A stretch of 64,000 nt of DNA from Vairimorpha necatrix (Eukaryota): positions 62,001 to 126,000 of the forward strand of contig CP142729.1 of assembly GCA_036630325.1 (NCBI GenBank), given 5' to 3'. Position numbers and translations under genes: made by a program. Below the pieces are notes generated by a model that saw only the letters and a program-made list of their open reading frames with translations, had not been told where the DNA came from and did not search any database. Shown piece after piece: positions 1 through 14,000 of the stretch; positions within the stretch are counted from its first letter, which is position 1, and each line of letters starts with the position of its first letter.

Positions 1-720
1 TTATTATGTATTTTTAAATTTTTATTGTTTTTAGTTTAATGATAAAATAGTATTTTAATTTATTAATTTTTTAGGTTTTATGTCTTTTTTATATTGACAA
101 TACATATTGTAAATATTTGATTATAATTTTACTTTGAAGTGTATAAAATGTTCATTGTTTAGGGTATAAGTCATATGAGCATTGTTATTCTATTACTTTG
201 TGTTTATATATATATATATATGAGATAATCATATTTTATCATATGAAATATATAATTGAAATGAAAAAGAATTAGTAGTACCTTAAGTTGAGAAAAAAAA
301 TAAATAATAAGTTGTTCAGTAAAACATGTGTTTTAAATCTGAAAATTTATAATAAACACCGTTTGTATGTAAAATATTTCTTGACTTAGAAATTCTAAGT
401 ATTTGTTTTAAAAAAAATTAATATAACGAAAATTTTTTTTTATATGAAATGTAGTAATCTATTCATTGTGTTTCTAAAGTTTCAACTTTTAAAATTTTAT
501 TTAATTTCTAATACATTAATTTCTTAAATAACAAAAGAAAGTAATTGAGAAGATTATTTTTATAAATTTTCCTGAATCAAAATAAAAAAATAACAACTTA
601 TAGGTTTTTCTAGAAAAGTCCTAACTTATTTCAAATTAATTTGTAAGAAAGTTTTTTTTTATACAAAGAAAATATGCATAATAAAATTAATTTATGTATG
701 CTAGTGTTGTTTATCCTTCT

Positions 721-1025
721 AATTAAACAAGAATATGATTTGAGTTGGCGTCTTCTGCTTGTAGGAAGCATCCGCTCTATGGTCCTTTCAACATCAGCTT
801 CGTCTCCTTGAATTAGTAATTTCAGAGATACGCATTCTTTCATCTTCTTTAGCTTGATCGTCTAGATATAAGCTTGTACTGTCTTAGGGATTCTAAGTCA
901 CTTGTAAAAGATTTGTAAAACTTAGTCACTATACCGTCGCAGGTGATTATGTAGGGGATTATTTCTGTTTTAAAACCATACTAAGCACAGTTCGTTTGTA
1001 AGAACATCGTATTTCTATACTTATC
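721..1025 (-). mobile_element. Degenerate 3' fragment of RLE-type non-LTR retrotransposon
   Basis: Minus strand gives YDVLTNELCL / EIIPYIITCDGIVTKFYK with frameshifts, homologous to the adjacent better-preserved copy (YDLLANELGL / IVPYVMTWDGVVTKY). Confidence 0.7.
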
Positions 1026-1045
1026 GGTTTAAAGGAGATATTAAA

Positions 1046-1587
1046 CTTAAAAGATTTATTGAGTTAATTTTCAATTATGTTTAGATATTCATAGCACAGC
1101 TTTCCCCGGTATCGCTCATGGGATTCAGCTCTTCACAGACTTTGGTTTCTGTGGAATTATTAATGTTTTCCAACTTCACTTTAGCAGCTTCATTCCCCTT
1201 TGCCGACACCACTTCTTTAACAGTCGCCATATTCGCTAGTGCGCTTACAGCTCTAGCCACTTCTTCTTCTCCTGCATCCTCCTGATCGTATCCTCGTCGT
1301 CGTTCCAAAGAGATGGACTCTAGAGTCTTCTTCATCACAATAGACTGGATATATGCTTCCAGGTAGGGTTGGATTTCTAGCTCCCTGATGTACTTTCTGT
1401 GATATTTGGTCACCACTCCATCCCATGTCATTACATAAGGAACTATTCTTGTCCGGGATTTATGTATTAGTCCCAGTTCATTTGCAAGAAGGTCATATTT
1501 TCTTAGTTTTTCATTCTCAACTATAGTAAGTCGATCCTGGTTGGTTATACCAACTTCAACTATTAAAATTTCTTTCTTCTTCTTGTC
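1046..1587 (-). mobile_element. 5'-truncated RLE-type non-LTR retrotransposon (endonuclease C-terminus) with 14-bp TSD
   Basis: Open frame DKKKKEILIVEVGITNQDRLTIVENEKLRKYDLLANELG...PYVMTWDGVVTKYH...EAYIQSIVMKKTLESIS (includes ORF 1081..1431). Flanked by direct repeat AAGGAGATATTAAA at 1032-1045 and 1588-1601. AATAAA lies near the 3' end. Confidence 0.85.
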
Positions 1588-1600
1588 AAGGAGATATTAA

Positions 1601-1619
1601 ATATATATATATATATATA
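1601..1619. repeat. (TA)n microsatellite
   Basis: Run of about 9 AT dinucleotides abutting the LINE TSD. Confidence 0.9.
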
Positions 1620-4600
1620 AATTATATTTTTAAAACAAGAAAATATAATTTAAGTAGTTTTATTGACGCGATTATAGGAATAAATGTCCGAATTATCTAT
1701 TTTCTCGTTTAAAATTTTTTTCATACAGTTAAAAAGCTGGATGTTGTTTGTTTAATTATGCGTTGTGTCAATATATCATGTTTAAGCTAATTTAGATAGA
1801 TAAAATATATAGTGTAGTGAAAAACTCAAAAATAACAGGCAATAGAGATAAAAAAATTTTACCTCAGTATTATTATTATAAATGTTGCACATAATTTTCT
1901 AATATCATTAGAAATACAAAAATTTATAAAATCATTTGTACAAGCGTGGTAGGTGTAATTTTAAGTAACTAAAAAAAGCCTTAAGCAAGTCTTAAGACAA
2001 TACAACAAAGCTATTCTGATGTAATGACAAATCAAATATAGCAAATAAAACGCGATTCATATATTGAAGTAATTTATTATAGCATTTTTTTTAAATTCAA
2101 TCAAAAACACAATAAAATCTTTGTTTTAATGATTTAATTATTATTATAAACGAGTTATGAAATGGGCTTTATTATTTTTTTGTTAATGCAAAAGCAATAT
2201 TAATAATTCATATAAAGTTAAAAAAAACATAGTATATGAGGTTTAACTATGTATATGACGTTCTTATAAACACTTAATTTTTTTAACAAAAATATGTCCT
2301 TGACATAAGTAACTCTAATATCATTTTTTGCAATTACGGATTATATGATCTATGATTTGATCTTTTTTTTTGAAAGTTCATTATTGTATTATATTAAATT
2401 TACCTGTGCATTACAATGTCTTTTTTGGTAGATTTGTTATGACCTTTATTTAAGTATAATTTTTTCTGTTTTGATACAAATACTAGGTCTTTTCTGTAAA
2501 AAATAACCTGCAAATAGTAATAGAGTCACAAAAGATTATGTACAATATCTTACAGTCAAAATTATATACAATTTTTGCTATCAATGATTTTTAAATAAAT
2601 TTTGTCTCTAAAATGTAAAACTAGCAGTTTAAATGTAAAAACCTATACTTATTAATCGTATCTAATGTTATAGAATTAAATTCCACGTGTATACTTACTA
2701 GTAAACCCAACGACGAGAAAATCTTATGTAATACTAATGATATAAATTTAAGCATTCATCGCTTTTGTAACAAACTATTATGTTAATATAGTTTTAATCA
2801 CTCGATATCTATATATTTATTCATTCTAAGAGGAGTCTGAACAAATTTTTTAAATCACGGCTTTTTTATAATAAACTGTAGCTATATATTGTTTGTTTTG
2901 TTTTATTAAAGGTCATTTTACATTTTAATCAGATTTTGTAACTATCAGTCGTTTCAATATGTACAGAGTCACAGTTTATACAATTGAAATTTTGTTTTCA
3001 AATTTGTTTAGAGCGATAAAATAGTAAATACAGATTATATTATTAATACTATGTTAATTATTAATCAACATACGTGACAAGTCAATTTTTTTTCATATCT
3101 GTGTCTAATACATTATATATTTTATTAATATTGCAATAAAACACATGTATATTACTTCTTAAAGTTTTTTTTTTAATCTTTACCCTTTATGTCTAGTTAA
3201 ATATAAGAAGAGAAATACAAGGCTTTGTAAAAATTAAAAAGAAATATGTAAATCTATATGGTTTAGAGCGTTCGACTTTTTATAACAGTTAAAATTTGAT
3301 TATATAAAAACTTTTATTTTCTTACAAATGAAAATTTATTTTGACAGCACAATTGATATTTAGTAAATATTTAATTAAAATCATTTGCATTAGTATATAA
3401 TTAAAGTCCTATGTGCTTGAAAAAATTTCCATAATTTTAGAATGTTGATATGTGAGAAAATAAAACCTAATTTATATGCTAAAATTCATATAATATTGTA
3501 TAGGCATATAAAAATAAATATTTCAACATCTTTAAATGATTTGTATTTTATAAAATATTTTACAGCTGAAATTTTTTCGTTTTAAATATAAAAACGATTA
3601 GACATAATTATTTATTTCATATTTGTTTATTTTTATTTTCCTCCTCAAGCAAAAATATATTTTCTGGTTTGAGTTACCATAAATAATTATATATTGTTAG
3701 AATAAAATTTAAGAGTAATAGACAAGATGTTTTTTGATACTTTAACTACAAGATTATCAATTTGGTTAGAAAATGGTTATTTTATATACGTTTTATACTG
3801 ATGAAGGAATTTTTATGCATTCCATATCTATAATTATTATAATAGTCTTAAATGTTTTTTACACATTTCAGGATTTATACGTGAATTTCCATTTGTTTAT
3901 TTATGGCAATAAATAAGAGCCCTTATAATATCGTGAGATTACACATAGAAATAAGTAGGAAAAATAGATTAATAATAGGAAAGTATATAATAAGTATTAA
4001 AATATAAAATAGGATTTTTACATAAATTTTAAATATACAAAGACCTTTTTTTTGCTTGTATGTGTGTTTAATGATCAAGCAATTAAGTTTTTTTAATTTT
4101 TTGAAAGATTTTAACGTAAGACTAAGAATTTTACGTAATCAATTAGATAAATTTATTAATGACTTATTAATTATATAAATACTGAACTTACTCTTTTTAA
4201 GAATCTTGTATAGTTGTTTATAATAATATGCACAATTTTACAAATTTGTAATTTTATTGTTCAAAAAATATATGGTAGAATATAAGAAAGAAATAATGTA
4301 TATTTCGGCATATTTGTATTGACTTTGAGCATTTTTAAGAAAGTGTTATGATATACAATATGAGCTTTTTAATTTTGCTTACGATTAAGTCCTGCTTAAA
4401 TTAATCAATAGATAATAAATTATACACATACCAATATAAATTAGGGAATATATTTATAAAAGACTACTCATAGTGTAAAATATGTACTGGCATAAGGGTT
4501 GGTATGTATGATTGCTAAATTAAATTTTGATGATTAACAAAAGATATTTAAATTTGTTACAATACTATTTTTTCGAGACATTAGATCATTTATTTCTCAA

Positions 4601-5918
4601 TATAATAAATAATACTGTTAAAAGATTGTGCAACATGATATTTAAGCGTTTCATACTTTTGTAAGTATTGACGATGATTAAGATGAATAATTTCCACTAT
4701 AATTCAGATGTGCTTTATTAAATTATTGATTTAGTTAAAAAAAAATTTGTTTTGGTAATACAAATGCAAAAATAATGAACAGGTTAAAAAATTTATTTAC
4801 AGTGAAATTATAAATATAAAAAATGTCTTATATTTTTTTTGAATCCGAACAATGTGTTGTTCGCTATTGTAAAGTTTAATTTGGTAATTTTAATATCTCC
4901 TTCAGCAACTTAAAATATTGTATAATTGAAAAAATTTATTCTATCTATACACAATGAACTCTATAATTATTACTAATACTTCAAAATATATTAAAAGCGT
5001 ATAGATTATCATCGTTAAATCTTTTATTCACTTTGTATTATCTGCTTGGAAGATGGTACTCGAAATAGTATTTAGTGTATTGAATCCTCTTATTATATGT
5101 AATAGTATGGTCATCTCTGTTAAGTTTAACACAAAACACATCATGATAAGCGCAATCTATTAATTTTTTCTATTTAAGTATCGTTCTTATATATTAAAAC
5201 TTCTATCATTTGCTTTTTAAAATCTTATAATTAAAAATTTTGACTTATAATATCGTTACGCTTTATATAATATAATTATAATGATTCTATAAACAATTTA
5301 TACGCATGTTATATATTAGTTTTACAGCAAACTCAAGTGGTTAACAGCTTTATTGGTCGTATAGATGTTCAATTAATTCATAAAATTACGAAAGCAATTC
5401 ATCTTTCAATATTATATAATTCTATAAATTTCTTTATGACTAATTATAATATACTCAGCTATATGTAATACGCTATTAATATTGATTAAAATTAAATATT
5501 ATATGTCTGGAAATTACGAATGTACTAGAACCTGAACTTTTAAAAATATTGTATGTACAAAAATTATTTAATTTGTAAAAAAAGAAATTTTCGATTTCTA
5601 ATTAATTTGACTTCGAAAAGTTATGCACTAGAATTAATTAAGTGTTTCTATAATATAAGTGCATCACAACAAAAAAAATTTTAAATAAAAGTGAAGTCAT
5701 ATTTTGTTTAATTTACTTTTTTCTGATTAACTTTTTTAATAGCATTAATTAAAGATTTTATAAGCATCGATTAATAGCTATCATTTTTTATTACCATATT
5801 ACAATATACCATTTTATAATATAAAATTTTTTTTCTTTCCTTATTATTTAATCAAAGCAGTATGATCAAATTGTGTATAATATCATATTACTGATTACCT
5901 TCACAAAATGCACTCAAA

Positions 5919-6065
5919 ATCTCTTCATCTGTTCCCGAGATGGTTTCTAAAATTCTCTTATTGGGCTTAAAACACGCTTTCCTGTTTAGTATCTGCCCAT
6001 GTCCGATTGACATAGTTAAATTTTTCGAAGTCGTTAAGGGCTCTCATCTTTATATATGCTTTTGT
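5919..6065 (-). mobile_element. Short 3' remnant of RLE non-LTR element (second subfamily)
   Basis: Shares CATGTCNGATTGACATAGT / ATTGGGCT / TATATATGC blocks with 28090-28215, 42770-43010 and (inverted) 54980-55110. Confidence 0.65.
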
Positions 6066-8160
6066 CAAATCAGAATATGTGGTAATTAGCAATTTTATTA
6101 AAAATTTAATAAGACAAAAAATTTTTAGACTGATTGAATAATCATCCCTAAAAATTAAATTTTAAAAATCACCGAAGAATCTTATTTCATTTTATTTTTT
6201 AACAAATATTTAAATACTAACATCACATTCTGTTGATTTTATATAGACTTTAGTAAATTATAACAGTTGTTTATAGTATTGTTTTTTTAAGATTCTTTTA
6301 TCAATGACGATACAATTTTTGCTCGTCATTATTAACATTGATTGTTCTTTTATACAGAATATCAAGGACTTTTAATTTATTTTTATTTCGATCATGTACT
6401 GATAAATTTTTAGAAAAAAAATCATTCAACTAATTTATCATATAGATTTATATTTAAAATAAAGTTTTGTAAACTTAGTTATAAATTAATGTTAATATTT
6501 AATTTTTTTACTACTATAAAATGACAGTACTACAATTAGTATTTTAGTGAGTTCTTTTAATTGCCATTTAACTTTTAAAAATTTGTTTTTATAATAATGT
6601 TTGTATTGTAAATTTTGAACTTTAAATGTAATTCTTTTTTTTTATTACTTATTAATTATATAAAATTATAGGTTAACTTATAAAAGACCTTTTACTTTGT
6701 TTAAAAATTTGTCACATGCTATGTCAGTGTAGTCTTATACGACAAATATATCATTACCTCATAGATTATTATATGCATATTTTACCAATTTCATATATAA
6801 TATACTTTATTCATAAAATATATAGTTTTCTTTCAATTGTTAAAATTAGACTGATATTATTAAATAATACTCATTTAAATTACATTAAAATCAATTTTAC
6901 TTAAAAATTTCTTTTTTTTTCTTTTTGTATTTTGTTTCATGGTAGATAAAAGAATCACTACTTAGAGTCGAGAACATAATGACTTCATTACTTTTGCAAT
7001 TAATTTGGGTAATTTAAGAGTAGTATCCATTTTCATTAAATTGAACAGCAAAAGTACATATTAGATTTAGTTTTTTGTACAAATGAATATGTTTATCCAT
7101 CCTTGTAAATTATTATTAACGATTAATGTATGATATTAAACTAAGATCAATAGATATAATGAATTGCCCAAGCCAGGCACATCATGTTACACATACTTAA
7201 GTCTTTGCAATACTTATGTAAATCTTTTACTCTCTCTTTCTATACAATTCAATATTAATTTTTACGATTGTGTTGATCACTAGTTTTTTTTATTTGACAA
7301 CAAAGTATAGAATTGTATGATTGTTCTAAGAAGCTCTTTGATCAAATTGTTTAATCTTTCAACTGCTCCAAGGAGGTCAGTATTCCAGAAGGTAACAGTC
7401 ATACCTTTTGATTTTGTATATTATTCATTTTGATAACACGGTCTAGATAAATTTAGATTTAATCAAGCTGTATGTTTTGTTGTTCATAGATATTTAATTT
7501 TATGTGTTGGAATAATCATATGGGTTATTTTTAAATGATATTTTTAAAAAAATGTCAATTCTAACATTATTGTTTAATTTCATTCATTGCCATCACTTTT
7601 ATGTAAACAAACAAAAGTATTTATGAAGAGCCCCTAAAATAATATGCCAAATAAATCTGTTACTTCTAAAACCAAAACTTCATCTGCCCCAAGCTCTCTA
7701 GATAATAACAGTTAGATATTTAACTTGCTCTTGCATGTAATTATTGATTATTGTAGATACTTGGCATTTATACTAATTACATAAATTTATTATACATATA
7801 ACATTATTAATATGCTTTGAAGTTAATGAACTTTTTTATAAATTTTTCTTTCTATTGTATATATAAATACAATTTTCATAAAAATTATGATATTCTAAAT
7901 TCAAGAGCAATTATGACATCTAAACTCGACAATATTGTACATAGTAAGCATAATACATTTGGGTTTTATTAGATATATTATATTTATTTCTTAAAGGGTT
8001 TGATCTTTTTCTTTCAGGAGCGTGGAAACATCTCTTTTAAGAAACAATTACAACTATTAAACCCCAATGATACTAAATGAATTTAAAATACCAATTTTAT
8101 AAAAACTGTTATTGTTTTGATTTATAAACAAAAAATACTGTTGACAAGATATCTATTTCT

Positions 8161-9201
8161 GGACCTTCGGACCGAAATTCACCTTTTTTTGATGTCTTCA
8201 AATTTTCATTTTTTCACCCCAAAAAATGAAATTCCAAAAGTTGAGGAAAAGAGAGATTAAAGAGAAAATAATACAACAAATAAAATCTTTACAACTTAGC
8301 GGTTGTAAAAAATGCAACGAAGAGCTTACATCATACACAAAAAATAAGTATGAATATATGAAATGTACAAATAAAATATGTCCACTATATAAAAAGCATA
8401 TTAATGTTTGGAAAGGTACAATATTTAGTCATGTAAAAATTTCTAAAGTGAAATTTGTCGAGGTTATTGACCTCTGGTTATCAAAATGTAGTGTGGATAC
8501 TATTTCATACGTAACCAGAATTGATAAAAAAGCTTTATGGAGAATATTGAAAAAAACTAGTGAAGTACTAGTTAAAAAATTCTACCAAAACATTGAATAT
8601 ATTGGAAATCCTGGTGAAACAGTTGAAATGGATGAGTCAAAGATTGGAAAGAATAAATATAATCGTGGACATCCAGTAGGAGGAGTTTGGCTCTTTGGAG
8701 TAGTTGAAAGAGATGGTAAAAAAAGAGTCATATTATTTCAAGTTAGTGATCGTACTAAAAGTACGTTAAAATTTCACATTAAAAATAGTGTAAAAGAAGG
8801 TAGCAAATTATATTCTGACTGTTGGAAGGGATATACGGGCATTCAAAATGAAGGTTATAGTCACCACACTGTAAACCACTCTAAATATTTTAAAGATCCC
8901 GAGACAGGAATACATACTAATACTATCGAAGGAACATGGTCTGGTTTAAAGCAGCATATACCATACAGATGTAGAACAAGGAAATTAATTAATAGGTATT
9001 TAGTGAGGTACATGTTAATAAAAAACTATAATACTCATCCAGTAATAAGTTGTTTTAACGTAATTTATGATGAAAAATTAAATATTTAAAGCTTTTATTC
9101 TTTTTTTGTTTTCTTCCTCAACTTTTGGAATTTCATTTTTTGGGGTGAAAAAATGAAAATTTGAAGACATCAAAAAAAGGTGAATTTCGGTCCGATCAAC
9201 C
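8161..9201 (+). mobile_element. Complete Merlin (IS1595/ISXO2-like) DNA transposon
   Basis: 88-bp TIRs (8161-8248 and 9114-9201), GG termini, mismatched only at positions 3-6. 8-bp TSD CTATTTCT at 8153-8160 and 9202-9209. Single transposase ORF. Confidence 0.95.
8226..9089 (+). CDS. Merlin/ISXO2-like DDE transposase, 287 aa, intact
   Basis: N-terminal CxxC...CxxxxC zinc ribbon; catalytic motifs VEMDESK, YSDCWKGY, VNHSKYFKDPETGIHTNTIEGTWS; CCCC motif 5 nt before the ATG. Confidence 0.93.
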   Translation: MKFQKLRKREIKEKIIQQIKSLQLSGCKKCNEELTSYTKNKYEYMKCTNKICPLYKKHINVWKGTIFSHVKISKVKFVEVIDLWLSKCSVDTISYVTRIDKKALWRILKKTSEVLVKKFYQNIEYIGNPGETVEMDESKIGKNKYNRGHPVGGVWLFGVVERDGKKRVILFQVSDRTKSTLKFHIKNSVKEGSKLYSDCWKGYTGIQNEGYSHHTVNHSKYFKDPETGIHTNTIEGTWSGLKQHIPYRCRTRKLINRYLVRYMLIKNYNTHPVISCFNVIYDEKLNI

Positions 9202-10449
9202 CTATTTCTTTTATTGCAGATTAAATCATTGTCCATTAAAAGAAAATGTAAACTTTCTGAATGGAAAAATCAGCATTATGCTGTTTTTCAGTGATATTTT
9301 TTCATTTAAATGTATTATTATTTTTCTAACTTAAACATATGTCATCTTTTATATTGTAAATGACTTAACCACTCAAAATGTGTTTTTTTGTAAGAAATTA
9401 TGTTTAGATAATTTTTCCCCTATAAATTCATTTTCTTCCAAAAAAGAAATTAGAAATATTAGATATAAAAATTAGGGAATGGGACAGACAAATATATTAT
9501 TTATTTAGCACAATTATAATGTTAGATGAAATTTCACAACGTATTTATTTTTTTATAATGATTTTCTAAAAATATTGTTTATTAAAATTTAATTTTTGAC
9601 ATAATTAATTTCAGTACGAAATAAAGGCAAAAATATTCTGTTTATCATAAATAGTGTAGAGTATGATCAATCAAAAAAAATTTGAGCTTTTTGCATTTTT
9701 AGCAGAGTTTATAAGACCTGTACTTTTTTCTTGTTTTCATTCAAGATTTATCTTTTAAATTATACATAATGTACCTCTCTTCCATACAAATCTTTAATGA
9801 TTTAAGTAAGATAATTGTGGACCGTTATATTTAATACCTTTTGAGGTTTGTGATTCCAATGCATATTAATTTAATTGTTATATTAGATATGATATACTTT
9901 TATATGATTATTTACTCATCTTATATATAATATGTGTCAAACGGGAAGTAATAAAAATTTATATATTTACAAATTGTGTCAATATCATCATGATTTAACA
10001 TTTTACTTAATATTCATAAGTATTTAAGAGCTAATTGAAATATGATTTCACTAATTTTTATTATTCTATTGTCGATATGTATAGATACTTATTTTTAAAT
10101 AATAAATAGTTAATTTATCATTATTCTTTATTTCACCTTTATATTTCCTTTTACTCTTCAAAATCCAATTACCATCTATACTAAATATTTGATTTTTAGT
10201 CTTCTATAGAATTATATATTCTTTTTGGCTTAAATTTATAAAATTAGATTTATTACTATATATATTTTTGTCTTCTTATTGACATGTAATTTTAAAAACT
10301 AAAAGGTCTTCAATTTTCTTTCTTCTTGAGTCGCATATTTTTATTACATTAAATTACATTGAAATTTAATAAAAATCAAGGATAAGATCGTTGTGTCATT
10401 CAATGTTATTTATTTAACAATTTATATTTCTTTTTTAGAATTTTTTTTT

Positions 10450-10800
10450 CTATAATTAAAATTCCATACATTGAGCAACTTCCCCTTCTTATGTCTCTAT
10501 TTCAGTCTTCGTATACATTTCTTTGTGAGTATAAATGATTTGACTCTTCTTCTCGCCCTTTCTTCTCCAATTCCGAAATCTCATGATCTGATATATTCTA
10601 AAAAGATACTTTTAAGAGTCTTCCTCAGAACATGCCTTTCTTTTATAATGTATTAAAAATAATTTGTACTCAAAACCAAACTTATTTCTTCTTAAATGCT
10701 ATTATAAGACTTTTTGTTGATATTTTCATTCTGCTCTCATAAATTATACTTTGCAGCGTACTCTTGTGTTGTAACCTTCTCTTATACGTAGATACGACTC
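10450..10800 (-). mobile_element. Highly decayed RLE non-LTR 3' remnant
   Basis: Minus strand VLRKTLKSI resembles the family motif VMKKTLESI; boundaries approximate. Confidence 0.4.
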
Positions 10801-10865
10801 ATTGTTCTATTTTAACATAGGTAAAATTTTTAATAATTTGTCATAGTGCATTTATACATACTATA

Positions 10866-11025
10866 TGTTAAATAAAGTTTCTCCTTCCTTTTCATAATAT
10901 TTTTAGATGGGTAAAATATTTATTTATTATTTATAGTAAATATTTTACAGTAGATACTTTGGGTAAGTATCTACAATAAAGTAATTACAGGATAATCTCA
11001 GTAACTAGATTATCATCCTGTAACA
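10866..11025 (-). repeat. 3' LTR of gypsy element 1 (160 bp)
   Basis: Identical to 14777-14936; preceded on the minus strand by polypurine tract AAAGAAAGGGAGTA (11026-11039). Confidence 0.97.
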
Positions 11026-14000
11026 TACTCCCTTTCTTTAAACTCTCCCAATCCGTGGGATCTAAATTCTCAATTAGTTGTAAGTCTTTTTCATTATACC
11101 GAAATAGTTTTCCATACATGTCCTCGATCTCAAAACCACCAGAGTCAAATTTTCTTCTTACCAGATAAGGTCCTGTCCATTTATCATCAAGCTTATTCAG
11201 TTTTTCAAATGGTTCCTTTTTCTTCATAACCGCATCTCCTACTTGAATATTTTTGCCTTTAACTCTATCATTCGCGCGTTGTATGTCTCTATTTCTATCT
11301 TCTATAACCTTTTCGTGTAACTTTTTCCGTAACAAATCGATCTTCTTAAGTGTATCGTTTTCTTCTATAAATACTGCTCCACCATCTTCTTTCTCCGTAG
11401 TTATATCCTTAGGCTCTCTCCCATATAACAATCTAAAAGGACTACTCTTGAATTTTATTAGTGGTGTTATCCTATATGCGTATAGCGCGATTGGTAGGAA
11501 CATATCCCACTCTGACCATCTTCCATTGCATATCTTAGCCAACCTTGCAATAAGGGTACGGTTTAGTCTCTCCGTTTGTCCATTACATCTTGGATGGTAG
11601 GCGCTTGTAAACGACTTTCTAGTATTTATCATTAAACACAGTTTTTTTATGATTTTATTGTTAAACTCAAGTCCTTGATCAGTCAAGATTACTTCCGGAG
11701 GTCCATGTCTCAATAAAAATTCTTCATAAATAAATTTCGCTACAGATTCCGCATCTTTTCTTTTTAAAGCTCTCACTTCTGCCCATTTAGTTAGGTAGTC
11801 TGTTCCTACCAGAATAAATTTATTTCCACCGTCTGTTGTGGGTAAAGGACCAACTATATCCAACCCAATCATATAGAACGGACTTTTTATTTCCACACGT
11901 CTAATATTATTTTGCAACGTCTTGTCTCTAAATCTTCTACAAGTTTCACAGTTACGAATGTATTCAACTACTCTGTTTCTTATATTTGGTACACTCGCAA
12001 TATTTCTGATGTACATTATAGTAGAATCTATACCTCCATGGCCAAGCTCTAAGTGTGCTCTCTGTATAAGTTTTGTTATCGTTTCATTGTCTTCTTCAAT
12101 ATTTATTCTATCTTCATTTTTAACCACCGTTTGACACTTTCTTAATTGGCAATTTTCTAATACACCACGTGAAAGTACATCGGCCAAGACATTATCTGAA
12201 CCTTTGATATGTTCGATTTCATATTTATAATTTTGCAGTTTCATTATCCATCTTGCCAATCTCCCTATGGGTGTTTTCTGTTTCATTAACCATATCAATG
12301 AACTATGATCTGTCCTGATGATAAAATCGTTAGACAAATATACTTTAAGTTTTTCAATAGACCATACAATAGCTAAACACTCTTTCTCAGTTGTAGTGTA
12401 ATTAATTTCGGCGCTATTTAGCGTTCTACTTATCCAGGTTATAGGCATTTCTTTTCCCGTATCTGTAAATTGTGTAAGTACTCCCGCAATTCCAATGTCT
12501 GAGGCATCCGTATATAAATAAAATGTCTTATTCATATCTGGTAAAAGTAAAGGTTTGGCATTTAATATTTCTTGTTTCAGGAGCTCTAAAGCTTTTTCTT
12601 CTTCGTCTCCAAATATAAAATTACCTTTCTTTAACCTTTTTAATAACGGCATAGCCTTCATGGTATATGATGGGATAAATCGTTTAAAATATACTATAAA
12701 TCCTAAAAGTTTTCTTAAGTCGCTGACGTTCTTTGGATTTTCTAGGGTGTTAACCTTATCCAATTGGTCCGATTTAATTTTAAGTTCTCCATTCTCTACA
12801 GTGTGTCCTAAAAAATCAATTTTACTCACTGCGAATGCACATTTCTTCATGTTAAGTCTGAGTCCAAATTTTGACAAAATTTCCAGGACTTCTCTCACAT
12901 CGTCGACATGTTTGTCTTTCCCTCTTGAGAATATTAAAATATCATCAAGGTATACAACTACTTTCCTCCAAAGTATATCTTTAAATATCCAATTCATAAT
13001 CTTCTGAAACGTAAAAGGGGCATTGACTAAGCCAAATGGCATCTTAGTCCATTCATATACACCTTGCTTTACAATAAATGCAGTTTTATGAATATCTCTT
13101 GGGTTCATTTCGATCTGATGGTAACCCATCTCCAAATCTAAAGTAGAGTACATATCTGTCCCTTGGATAGCATCTATTGCTTCATCCATGTGAGGGATCG
13201 GGTATGGCGTACTGATTGTGTTTTCATTCAACTTTCTATAGTCAATACACATTCTCATACCACCGTCTTTTTTAGGTGCAAGCACTACAGGGGAAACATA
13301 ATTACTCGTGCTCTCTCGTATCAATCCATTCTGTAACATCTCTTCAATTTTATTCTTAATTATGAGATTCTGTTGCGGATTTCTTCTATATGGTTTACAA
13401 CATATAGCTTTACTGTGATCTTTAAGTTTAATATCATGTCTAAAAGGTAGGGCTTTCTCCTTATTATCGGATTCTTTCATATATTTATACAGTAAGCACT
13501 TAGTATTTTTATTGACTTCTTCATGTTCACCAAACTTGCATTCTAATGCCTCTATTTCCATGGGTATTTCCTCGCTTATTACTGATTTTAAACTGTACTC
13601 TTCTGTTTCCAATTTGAGCCTTGTTCCATCATTAAAGATTTCAATTTCATTTTCTTCCCAATGAACTTTAATGCCTAAATGTCTACTTGTTATACTACCG
13701 ATGAGTATATTTTCATTAAGATCTTCCATTACCGCAAATTCTGTTTCGTATGCGTGCTGATTATTTTTATCACGCAATACCGCTTTTAACATGCCAACCG
13801 AGCTATCTTTTCTAGTTGCTAAATTGACCGAAATTCTATTTTCCATATCTATTGGGATATTTAACATCTTCACCAGGTCGTAACTAATATAATTAATGTC
13901 AGCTCCATAGTCTAGTAGTGCTGGTACTTTTCCTCCGCCAATTTTCACCAAAAATCTAGGGACATTGGCTGCTTTACTACTACATGTTAATGTCATCAGT

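Noticed and set aside
7000..7760. Possible decayed minus-strand gene
   Set aside because: Coding-like composition but many stops and no identifiable motif.
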